64,000 bases of DNA, from NCBI GenBank assembly GCA_944322965.1, contig CALUQR010000009.1:8845-72844 (forward strand), given 5' to 3'. Source of the stretch: Vulcanimicrobiota bacterium (GTDB lineage: Bacteria; Vulcanimicrobiota; Xenobia; Xenobiales; Xenobiaceae). Shown here one piece after another: positions 54,282-62,689 of the stretch; positions within the stretch are counted from its first letter, which is position 1; every line of letters starts with the position of its first letter. Made by a program: the position numbers and the translations under genes. The notes under the pieces are model-generated. The model searched no databases. It saw only the letters and a list, made by a program, of their open reading frames with translations, and had not been told where the DNA came from.

Positions 54282-55619
54282 TCAGCAGAGGATACTCAAC
54301 TCGCTCTTACAGCGTTCAATGCGCTGGCGCAAGATGCCCAGAGTCACCGAGCGGCCTTCCACCACTAAGTAGTACTTATCGCTCAGGCGCATAATGACCA
54401 AGGAACTGCTCTTGCCCTCGCAAACCCAATTGTGAAGCACGGTCTGCCAACGCTGGACGGTAGCCAGGCAGAGCAACAGATTATCGGCCAAAGCTTGCCT
54501 ATTGCTGAGCTGACCCTCGCCGGCCGCCAAGCGCCCATCCTCAGTGACGATTACCGCTCGGACATCGCCCTTAACCTTACAGAGGGTACTGAGAGGTTCT
54601 ATAAACTTAGCCTCGCGCTCTAAGTCTTCAGGAGTAGGCTCCGCCCGTACCTCCTCTACCTGGGAGGCGCTAACCTCTACCTCTTCGGACGGGAGCTCCT
54701 CCCGTTCCTCAACCGCCGGCCCTTCCGCGGGCTCAACCGGCTGGATAGGCTCTTCCTTAACCTCGCTCTCTAACTCAACCGCAGAGGTAGAATCTACTGC
54801 GGGTTGGGCCTCCAGCTCCTCAGCCTCTACCGTAGGCTCTGGCAACGGCTCCTCTAGGACCTCGCTTAAAGCCGGGCTGGGCTCTTCTACTGCCGCCACT
54901 TCCTCTAATACCTGCGCCTGCGGCTCAGAGACTACCTCTTCCGCCACAGCCTCTACCCCCTCCAGAGCGGGAGCGGACTCCTCAACTTGGGGCTGGAGTA
55001 AGGACTGGGCCTCAGCGGGAGCCATCTCTTCCCCACGGAAGCCGGGGATATCCACGGCCAGAGGCTCCCAACTATTGAGGACCCCCAAGACCCGATTGAT
55101 GCGCTCCACCCGCTGGCGCGCTTCCCGCTCGCAGTAGATGAGAATAGGCTCCGGCTCGCCTTCCGTCGAGACTATAACTTGCTCGTACTCCTGGAGCTCT
55201 CTACGCAAGAGATCGCGCTCATTTTGACAGCGAATGAGAGCCTCGCTGAGATCGGAACGCGCCGGCACGAACATTAGGCGCGGCTTGAGGTCTTCGGGAG
55301 TGGGCTCCAACTCCTGGAGTAACTGTAACCAGACGTGGCCCATAATATTGATGGGATCGCTCTTAAAGAGCTGGCGCAACTCCTCGTACGCCTCCCCGTA
55401 GACCGCCTGGAGCGTAAAGATCTGCACTAAAGCGACGCGCGCCTCGCTAAACTCGCGCACGGCCAGAGCCTTTTGGAAATTGACTAGGGCCTCAAAACGC
55501 AGATCCCGACGCAAGCAATCGTAAGCGTAAGCCAACATCAAATCTACGTTGGAAGGATCGCCCTCCAATAGGCGGCGATTGCGCTGAATTTGACGTTCCA
55601 GAGTGGTCATTACTTCCAT
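54282..55619 (-). CDS. TPR-like N-domain + acidic Glu/Val/Pro-rich linker + C-terminal Roadblock/LC7 (MglB-like) domain protein
   Basis: C-terminal GDVRAVIVTEDGRLAAGEG...SLVIMRLSDKYYLVVEG pattern of Roadblock/LC7. Stop 1 nt before the next gene. Confidence 0.45.
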   Translation of the reverse strand: MEVMTTLERQIQRNRRLLEGDPSNVDLMLAYAYDCLRRDLRFEALVNFQKALAVREFSEARVALVQIFTLQAVYGEAYEELRQLFKSDPINIMGHVWLQLLQELEPTPEDLKPRLMFVPARSDLSEALIRCQNERDLLRRELQEYEQVIVSTEGEPEPILIYCEREARQRVERINRVLGVLNSWEPLAVDIPGFRGEEMAPAEAQSLLQPQVEESAPALEGVEAVAEEVVSEPQAQVLEEVAAVEEPSPALSEVLEEPLPEPTVEAEELEAQPAVDSTSAVELESEVKEEPIQPVEPAEGPAVEEREELPSEEVEVSASQVEEVRAEPTPEDLEREAKFIEPLSTLCKVKGDVRAVIVTEDGRLAAGEGQLSNRQALADNLLLCLATVQRWQTVLHNWVCEGKSSSLVIMRLSDKYYLVVEGRSVTLGILRQRIERCKSELSILC

Positions 55620-55650
55620 CTCAGTCTCTAGCCCTCACTATTCTCCAAGC

Positions 55651-56010
55651 TTAACCCAAAGCGGCTTCAATATTCGGTTTGGCTTTGCGAATCTCTAAGC
55701 GAATGCGCCCCAAATTACTGCACTCCGAGGTGGCCCAGACTACCAGAGCCGCCCCTTTAGCTAAACTCTCCACAATAAATTGGCGCTCTCCCAAAAAGAC
55801 GTGCTGACGCTCAATGGGGAAAGATTCTAAGCTATCGAGCAACCCCTTCACTTGGGGCAGAAGCTCTCTCAAAGCCCCAATGGTCGACTCACCCTCAGCC
55901 CCGTCCCCCTCACTTTCAGCCGCGATCCGCCCTTGGGCGTCTAAGACCAAGGCCCCCAAGACCCCATCTATGCGACAAAAATTCTGTAAGAGCGCGCTCA
56001 GCTCGGCCAT
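55651..56010 (-). CDS. Roadblock/LC7 domain protein (MglB-like)
   Basis: GVLGALVLDAQGRIAA...ALVVWATSECSNLGRIRLEIRKA fits Roadblock/LC7 fold pattern. Confidence 0.5.
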   Translation of the reverse strand: MAELSALLQNFCRIDGVLGALVLDAQGRIAAESEGDGAEGESTIGALRELLPQVKGLLDSLESFPIERQHVFLGERQFIVESLAKGAALVVWATSECSNLGRIRLEIRKAKPNIEAALG

Positions 56011-56050
56011 TCCTATCCTTCCTCCTCTACCTTATTCCCACATCCTCAGC

Positions 56051-56947
56051 TCAGTTCAAGGGGCGGATGGAGATCGTATCGCCCTCCACCAGACCCATCT
56101 TCTTCATCATGGCCGGAGTCAAACCGGCTCTATCGGCGAATTTGGCCCCCGCCTGACACTTATACTCGTAGAGAGAGCCGTCTTGGGTCTCAATCTCCAC
56201 CGGGAAGGTCGACTTCACATCGGCAATATTCCATTCGCGCACGATATAGTTATCGACGCGCACCACGTCGTTGGCTCGCAAGAAGCCGCCGTCCGTCTTG
56301 ACTACGAAGGTCTTGATCTTCTCTAACTCTTCTTCCTTAGCTCTGCGCTTAGAGTCGATCTCTTCTGAGCGCTCCGCCAAGACGCTCACCGTAGCCCCCG
56401 TGCCCCCAAACTCAAAGTTGAGGAGGCGATCGATAGCTTCCGAACCGCTCAAAATGTCGCCATAATGGCTACAGAAGCGATCGCGCACCACCTCTCCATT
56501 GTCGACTAAGATATAATTCATACCCTCGGGGGTGACGAATTTAATGATGCCACTGTAGCGGCCGTCTTGCAATTTTTCCAAGACGCGCGGCATATCGCGC
56601 TTGCGCGCCTCATAATCTACGTAGAGAGGCTGGAAGGCGAAGATCCCCGTCAAGACCCCCGCTACGCGCTTAGAGGTCACATAGGTAGAACAGCGGATCT
56701 CATTGATGCGAATGTGATTCAAAAGGCGTTGTTCCAATTGCAAGGAGACCGCGCCCGTGGCATTCTCCACCTCTAAGATCTGTTCCAGCTCCCCCTCGAC
56801 ATAAAAGATGTAAGCTTGGAAACTCTCCAGGTCGAGCTTCAAATAGCCCGTAAAGCTATCGGCGGCTAGGTTAGCCTGCATCTCGCGCATATCATCGTAG
56901 GAGAGCGCTATATCTTCGATTAAAACGTTGCCTTTAGGAATATACAA
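56051..56947 (-). CDS. Hypothetical protein (possibly DUF4388-like N-terminus, ubiquitin-like C-terminus)
   Basis: No confident motif. Operon position only. Confidence 0.3.
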   Translation of the reverse strand: MYIPKGNVLIEDIALSYDDMREMQANLAADSFTGYLKLDLESFQAYIFYVEGELEQILEVENATGAVSLQLEQRLLNHIRINEIRCSTYVTSKRVAGVLTGIFAFQPLYVDYEARKRDMPRVLEKLQDGRYSGIIKFVTPEGMNYILVDNGEVVRDRFCSHYGDILSGSEAIDRLLNFEFGGTGATVSVLAERSEEIDSKRRAKEEELEKIKTFVVKTDGGFLRANDVVRVDNYIVREWNIADVKSTFPVEIETQDGSLYEYKCQAGAKFADRAGLTPAMMKKMGLVEGDTISIRPLN

Positions 56948-56971
56948 CTGAGGCTTCCTCCGTCAAACTGC

Positions 56972-58222
56972 CTACTCACGTCCGGCGGAAGAGACGCTAC
57001 CGCCGCGCTTAATATCGAGGGCCAATCCCTCGCGCTGCTCAATACCTTGAGCTAAAGCTTTCCACGAATCCTCACTATTGCGGCCTGGGGCGGCGGGGAA
57101 AGTAGCCGCCGGTCCCACGCGCTGGGGATTGACCGCGCCGGGGCGCGGAGGGGTGTTGGCCCGCCCCGGGGGTAAGAAGGCCGCGCCCCCACCCTTGGGA
57201 GGCGCGAATCCGGGCGCTTTGGGGGGAGCGAAGCCGCCGCTGGGAGCCTTGGGGGGCGTAAAACCGACCGCCGTCCCGCTGCCAAAGGCGGCGCCAGGCG
57301 CCTTAGGAGGAGCAAAGCCGGACGCCTTGGGGGGAGTAAACCCGCCGCCCGGAGCTTTGGGGGGCGCGAATCCGCCCGCCGCCTGTTTAGGCGCAGGCGC
57401 AAAACCGGAGGTCGTACTCCCTAAGGGGAGCGTCGTCGCGCTAGAACTCTTAGGGGGAGCGAAGCCGCCCCCGCTTTTAGGCAAGGCGATACCCCCGCCC
57501 GGAGCTACAGAGGGCGCCGCCGGAGAGGTAGGCGCCTTGGGGGGGGCGAAGGGATTAGGAGCGGGAGCGGCCGCTCCACCGAAACCGATAGGAGCGTTGG
57601 CGGGCTTAGTAGCAAAACCGCTGGTAGTCGCCCCAAAGCCCATCGTCTTGGAACCGAATCCCGGCGCCGGAGCAGAGGGAGAGGTTGGGGACGCAGCCTT
57701 ATTAGGATCGCGCCTAGTCACGACGTCGCCCGTGCGCACCGGATCAATATTGCGATAGGGGACCGGTCCCGACGGCTCGGGAGCGGTCGGAGCCGGAGTG
57801 GGGGCGGGAGCGGCCTTCTCTTTGGCTTTCTCCTTCTGGCGGCGCTCGTCGCTCTCACGGGCCTTATTGAGTAGAGCCTTAAAGGGCTCTTCCTCCTCAT
57901 CTAAGACGGGAGGGACGTAGCTAGGCAAACTGCTGGCGGCCGGGGCGCTCTCTACCGCCGGCTCGGGCGGCTCGGGCAAGACCCCTCCATTAGCCTTCAA
58001 TTGGATGGCTACCGACACTTCCCAGATGAGACAGATCACAAAGAGAGCGGCACAAGTATATAAGGCGATCCACAGATAGGGTAGATGGGGGATTAAGGTC
58101 TGAAAAAAGCTAGCCTCTCTTCCTCCAGCTACCTCCAGCGAAGCCTCCTGAGCCCAAGCGGCCTGGCTGGACCAGGCCAGCCAGACAGCCCCCGTTATCA
58201 AGGAAGTTGACCACCGCCTCAT
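56972..58222 (-). CDS. Secreted/membrane-anchored Pro/Gly/Ala-rich protein with GFAPPKAP tandem repeats
   Basis: Signal peptide plus a TM helix. At least 8 copies of G(F/G)(A/T)PPKAP(G). Confidence 0.55.
   Translation of the reverse strand: MRRWSTSLITGAVWLAWSSQAAWAQEASLEVAGGREASFFQTLIPHLPYLWIALYTCAALFVICLIWEVSVAIQLKANGGVLPEPPEPAVESAPAASSLPSYVPPVLDEEEEPFKALLNKARESDERRQKEKAKEKAAPAPTPAPTAPEPSGPVPYRNIDPVRTGDVVTRRDPNKAASPTSPSAPAPGFGSKTMGFGATTSGFATKPANAPIGFGGAAAPAPNPFAPPKAPTSPAAPSVAPGGGIALPKSGGGFAPPKSSSATTLPLGSTTSGFAPAPKQAAGGFAPPKAPGGGFTPPKASGFAPPKAPGAAFGSGTAVGFTPPKAPSGGFAPPKAPGFAPPKGGGAAFLPPGRANTPPRPGAVNPQRVGPAATFPAAPGRNSEDSWKALAQGIEQREGLALDIKRGGSVSSAGRE
57170..57480. repeat. In-frame 24-27-bp tandem repeats encoding GFAPPKAP units
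   Basis: Repeated cttggggggagcgaagccgcc-type units on the plus strand. Confidence 0.6.
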
Positions 58223-58228
58223 CTGGCA

Positions 58229-61200
58229 CTACGCCTCCTCCCTCTCATAGTAGTAATAGTCCTCGCTACCTCCATTATTGCCTCCCCCCTCTCCTACCTT
58301 CTCAAATAGCTCATCTAAGCGCTCAGCCACGTCTCTAAACTTAATATCTACGGCGTAACACTCCTGATAAGCCTGAATGGCGTCCTCATAGCGCCCTTCC
58401 GCTTGCAAGATGGAGGCCAGATTGTAGCGCAGATCGAGCAACTCATCGTCGCTGAAGCCCGGCTGCTCCATAATCTTTTGCAACTGCTTGATAGCCAGAT
58501 CCCGATAGCCCTTCTCCTGGAAGGTCAGAGCCAGAGAGTTGACCGCCTCTAAGACCTTGGCCGGATCGCTGACCGCTTTGTAGAACTCGCCGATGGCCTC
58601 CTCTAAGAAGCCCAACTGACGGTAGAACTCACCCATCTTGATATGGTAAGAGACGTCGGTAGGCGAGAAGTTGAGCGCTTGGCTATACTCTTCCGTAATC
58701 TTGCCCAAGAGACCCTTGGCCAAGATCTGACGCGCTAAGCCCGCCGCTTCCTCTAACTTGCCCTCTAAGGCGTAGATAATGGAGACTCTAGAGAGGGATT
58801 GAGGACGGCTGGGCTCGCGCTCCAAGACCTCCTTATAGATAGGACACGACTCGTCGCGATAACCGCGCTCAAAGAGCAGATCGGCCACCCGCTCTAAGGT
58901 GGCGGGATCTTCCTGGCTATAATGGCGGATCTCCTCAAAGACCGGACGCGCCGCCTCTAAACTGCGGTAATCTAAGAGCAAGCTGGCCAAAGTGAAGGCC
59001 AACTCCAACCCTCTCTGGCGCATATCGTGGTTGATAGCCAGATCGATAGCCCGCCGATAGTAGGCGATCCCCTGATCGGCCTCCCCTAAGGAGATATCCG
59101 TCTCCGCAATGTAGACGATAATATCTAAGGCCTGCTGCCACTCTTCCAAGCGCTCCATAATGGAGGCTAAGCGGTCTTTGATGACTAAGGCCAAGTCTAA
59201 ACGATTCTCTTCCACAAAGCGCCGCTCGAGAGTATTGAGCAGCTCTACGCCCTCATGGACGTTCTTATGGCGGAAGAAACCGTCGATGAGCTTGACGAAG
59301 AGAGTCTCCGTATACTCCCGACGCCCGCGCTTTAAGTACTCCTCCAGGGCTTGTAGGTAATTATTTTGAGCCTCTTTCCACTCGTCGGCCTCTACTTGCT
59401 CGTCCCCTACGCGCTCTAAGTACTCTAAAGCCGCCTCCCACTGCTGATTGGCATTAAAAGCTTCGGAGAGGGTGCGGAAGACTTTGACCACATTCTTATG
59501 GTCGCTGCGCCCCTTGTAGGCGGGGATCAACTCCTCTAAGAGTTGCTGCCCTTCCTCTAAGTAGCCGGCCTTGAGGAACATCACCCCTAAGCGCTGGCTG
59601 AGCTCTAAGTTCAAAGGCTGCAGAGATTTAACTTCGCGCACGCAAGTCAGGGCCTCTTCCAGCTCGCCCCTATCGAGATGGATCCCCAACAAGACGCGGT
59701 AATTCTCCGTCGCCTCCTCTAGACGCATATTGCGGGCCAAGAGGTTGATCAACTGGCGCCGGTGGACGATATCCTTGCTATCTAAATCTAAGATCCGGTG
59801 CAGGACCTTTTGGGCCATCTCATTGAGGTTATGGCGCAAGTACTCCCGCGCTAAGAAGGAGAAATGCTCCAAGGCCTGAGCGCTCTGGCCGTGCTGAGCC
59901 CAAATCTCACCCAACCGATAGCGGGCGTTGAGATTTTCCGGGTCGATCTCCAAAATGCGCATGAAGACGTCGGCCGCCGAAGTGGCGTTGCCCTCTTTGC
60001 GGAAACGCCCCGCTAATACTAAGAGACCCTCTCTGGCCCGCTCTAATTTCCCTTGGGCCGCCACCTCCTGACAGAGGCGCATGCGAATCTCTACATCTAC
60101 GGGATGGTAAGCTAAGAGCTCGCCGTACAGGCGCTCCGCCTCTAAATGGTTGCCCGCTGCGGCCACCGACTCCGCCATATTGTAAATCTCCCGCCGCGCT
60201 TCAGCCATATTACCCGTACTCAAGAAGGAGTGGACGATACCGTCTAAATACTGCTGTTTCTCCGGCATTCCATCCGGCAATTTGAGAACTACTTCGCGCA
60301 AATTATCCATTAAACCGTTGATCTCATACTTTTGCAAAAGGATACGCAAAAAGGAGAGTTTCTCCGGATCATCCTCTTCTAAAAGGAAGATATCCTTCTC
60401 CGCCTCGGCAAAGCGATTGGCATTGAGATAGGCCTGAATGATGCGCCGCATGTAGCGCGAGCTGATCTCCGTCTTAGCGGGCAGACTGGCCACTTCCCGG
60501 GCCGCTTGGTCTAATTCTCCATCCTGGAGATAGGCCTCGATCAACTGGCCCATAAAGGAGTTGCGCGCCGGATCGCTCTCGTTGAGGCTCTTAATACAGC
60601 GCATCGCGTCGTTGAGGCGGTTAGCCTGCATGAGCCCCGAGATCTGGCGCATCGTAAAGTCGCGATAAGACTCGTCGCCCGGCGGCAATTTAGCCATCTC
60701 CGCCGCAGCGTCCTCAAAGCGGCCCGCCTCTTGGTACGAATTGATCAGGCGGCGCTGGAAGGAGAGGCGCAAGGAATCGTCGGCCGGCAAGCGGTCGATG
60801 AGAGAGACCGCGCTATCCATATTGGCGGCGTTGAGATAGAGCTCCATTAAGCGCGTAATTAACTTGTTGCGCTCCTTATCTGAGCGCGGAATGAGGGTGA
60901 CTATGGAGTCGGCCTGGGCCAGATCGCCCAGATCGAGGTAACGCTTAAAGAGCTCCTTGCGGAAGGAGACTAAGCGATCGTCGTCCTCGGGCAGAGCGTC
61001 GATATAGGTCCGCGCCTCGACGGTATGATTCTCCTCTAAGCAGCGCTCAATAATCTTATAAGTGAAAGCGCCCCGTTCAAAATCGCCCTCCGGTAAGGCC
61101 CTAATCTCGGCCATGGCTTGCTCGTAAAGGCCGTGCTCTAAGTAGTATTTGACTAACCGCTTGCGCACGTCGTAGCGGGTGGGCTCCATCTTTAAGATGG

Positions 61201-62668
61201 AGCGATAGGCGGCTACCGCCTGGTTCCAATCTTCTAAGGCGGCGTACTCTTCAGCCAAATAGTTTAAGGCGATTAAGTCCTCGGGATTATTATGGACCAG
61301 GCGCTGTAATTCCGCTACCGCCGCCTGGTGGTTGCCCTGGGAGCGCAGGGACAAGGCCACTTGATAGCGCAGGTCGGAGGTCTCCGGGAACATCTCTACC
61401 AACTGGTGTTGGAAATCTATAGCCTCGTCGTTACGTCCCTGCTCATGGTAGAGGCGCACCACCTCTTGGTATTCGGCTAAAGCTTCGCTGCCCATCTCCT
61501 TACGCATGTAGAGGTCGCCCAACATGCGCCTAGCCTCTATATTGGCGGGCTCAATCTCTAACATGCGGCGCAGAGTCTCGATCGCCTCATCGACCGCTCC
61601 CCGCTCTAAGTATAACTTAGCTAAGTAGAGCTGATGTTCAGCCGCCTCGTTGAACATCCCCTTTTTGAGGAGACTATTGATCAAACGCACCCGCAAGCCG
61701 ACGTTATTATTGTCGCGCGAGAGAGCCTCTTCGTAGATGGCGATCAGCTGGCTGCGCGCCCCCTCGTCGTCGGGATTGAGCTCGATAATCTTCTCCAAGT
61801 AGGCCATAACCTTCTCAGGGAAGCCCTCTTCGCCCGCGATCTGGGCCAAGGTGGCGTAAGTAGAGCAGGCCCGATCGAGGTAACCCTCGTCAGTATAGAT
61901 GTCGGCCAAGCGCACTAAGATGTCCTTATTGCGGGGCTCAAACTCCAAGATGCGCTCATAGGCGCGGATGGCATCCGTAAACTCGTTGCGCTGCACGAAG
62001 AGCTCGCCCGCATTGCGGAACCAGACGACCGTATTTTGAGGGGAACGGCCGATGCGTAAGAAGACCTCGCCTAAGAGCTCGTAGGCGCTAGCCGCCTCGC
62101 CGCTGGCCAGGCGCACCACCTCTTGGAACTCTGAGATCGCCTCCTTATTCTTATTATCTAACATCAAGGCCCGACCCATAGCCATGTGGGTCTCCCAGCG
62201 GCTGGGATCGAGATCTAAGCTGGGACGCAGCCACTTAATGGCCTCTACGTAGCGCCCCTCATTGAGATAGATAACCCCCGTCTTAGCGAAGATCTCCGGC
62301 TTGACCTGAGCTACTAGGTTTTGGATGTCGCTCAGCTGACTGCCGTGGATGCCGCTATTCTGCGCGAACTTCTCCAGGTTGAGGATATCCTTGTAACTGT
62401 CTATAGCTTTATCCGCCTCATCGCCAGCTACAAAGAGTTCCGCCAAAGCCATATCTTGACCGATAATGACTTGGAAATCGAGAGCCTGTTTGGCCGCCTC
62501 CAAGACGCGCTCGCGGATCGCGATATCATTGGGCTCTAGGCCTACCGCTTGACGATAGAGCTCGCGGGCGCCTTCCCAATCACCGCCGGCCAGCAGGTTA
62601 TCGGCTTCTTGAAGTAAGGACTCTATGCTATTGTGCTCTGTCATTTCTACTCCGATTTCCACTCCCAA
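58229..62668 (-). CDS. Giant (1479 aa) TPR-repeat scaffold protein
   Basis: Continuous arrays of 34-residue A/L/Y/E-rich TPR-like repeats with no catalytic motif. Confidence 0.6.
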   Translation of the reverse strand: MGVEIGVEMTEHNSIESLLQEADNLLAGGDWEGARELYRQAVGLEPNDIAIRERVLEAAKQALDFQVIIGQDMALAELFVAGDEADKAIDSYKDILNLEKFAQNSGIHGSQLSDIQNLVAQVKPEIFAKTGVIYLNEGRYVEAIKWLRPSLDLDPSRWETHMAMGRALMLDNKNKEAISEFQEVVRLASGEAASAYELLGEVFLRIGRSPQNTVVWFRNAGELFVQRNEFTDAIRAYERILEFEPRNKDILVRLADIYTDEGYLDRACSTYATLAQIAGEEGFPEKVMAYLEKIIELNPDDEGARSQLIAIYEEALSRDNNNVGLRVRLINSLLKKGMFNEAAEHQLYLAKLYLERGAVDEAIETLRRMLEIEPANIEARRMLGDLYMRKEMGSEALAEYQEVVRLYHEQGRNDEAIDFQHQLVEMFPETSDLRYQVALSLRSQGNHQAAVAELQRLVHNNPEDLIALNYLAEEYAALEDWNQAVAAYRSILKMEPTRYDVRKRLVKYYLEHGLYEQAMAEIRALPEGDFERGAFTYKIIERCLEENHTVEARTYIDALPEDDDRLVSFRKELFKRYLDLGDLAQADSIVTLIPRSDKERNKLITRLMELYLNAANMDSAVSLIDRLPADDSLRLSFQRRLINSYQEAGRFEDAAAEMAKLPPGDESYRDFTMRQISGLMQANRLNDAMRCIKSLNESDPARNSFMGQLIEAYLQDGELDQAAREVASLPAKTEISSRYMRRIIQAYLNANRFAEAEKDIFLLEEDDPEKLSFLRILLQKYEINGLMDNLREVVLKLPDGMPEKQQYLDGIVHSFLSTGNMAEARREIYNMAESVAAAGNHLEAERLYGELLAYHPVDVEIRMRLCQEVAAQGKLERAREGLLVLAGRFRKEGNATSAADVFMRILEIDPENLNARYRLGEIWAQHGQSAQALEHFSFLAREYLRHNLNEMAQKVLHRILDLDSKDIVHRRQLINLLARNMRLEEATENYRVLLGIHLDRGELEEALTCVREVKSLQPLNLELSQRLGVMFLKAGYLEEGQQLLEELIPAYKGRSDHKNVVKVFRTLSEAFNANQQWEAALEYLERVGDEQVEADEWKEAQNNYLQALEEYLKRGRREYTETLFVKLIDGFFRHKNVHEGVELLNTLERRFVEENRLDLALVIKDRLASIMERLEEWQQALDIIVYIAETDISLGEADQGIAYYRRAIDLAINHDMRQRGLELAFTLASLLLDYRSLEAARPVFEEIRHYSQEDPATLERVADLLFERGYRDESCPIYKEVLEREPSRPQSLSRVSIIYALEGKLEEAAGLARQILAKGLLGKITEEYSQALNFSPTDVSYHIKMGEFYRQLGFLEEAIGEFYKAVSDPAKVLEAVNSLALTFQEKGYRDLAIKQLQKIMEQPGFSDDELLDLRYNLASILQAEGRYEDAIQAYQECYAVDIKFRDVAERLDELFEKVGEGGGNNGGSEDYYYYEREEA

Positions 62669-62689
62669 GACTCTAACTAGCGCGGGGGA

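Noticed and set aside
54544-55137. 197-aa Ser/Thr-rich plus-strand ORF
   Set aside because: It is antisense to the acidic linker region of the TPR-Roadblock gene. It is a low-complexity artefact.
57052-57758. Pro/Arg-rich 116-aa minus ORF and 226-aa plus ORF
   Set aside because: They are alternative frames of the GFAPPKAP repeat DNA. The signal-peptide-bearing minus-strand frame at 56972-58222 is preferred.
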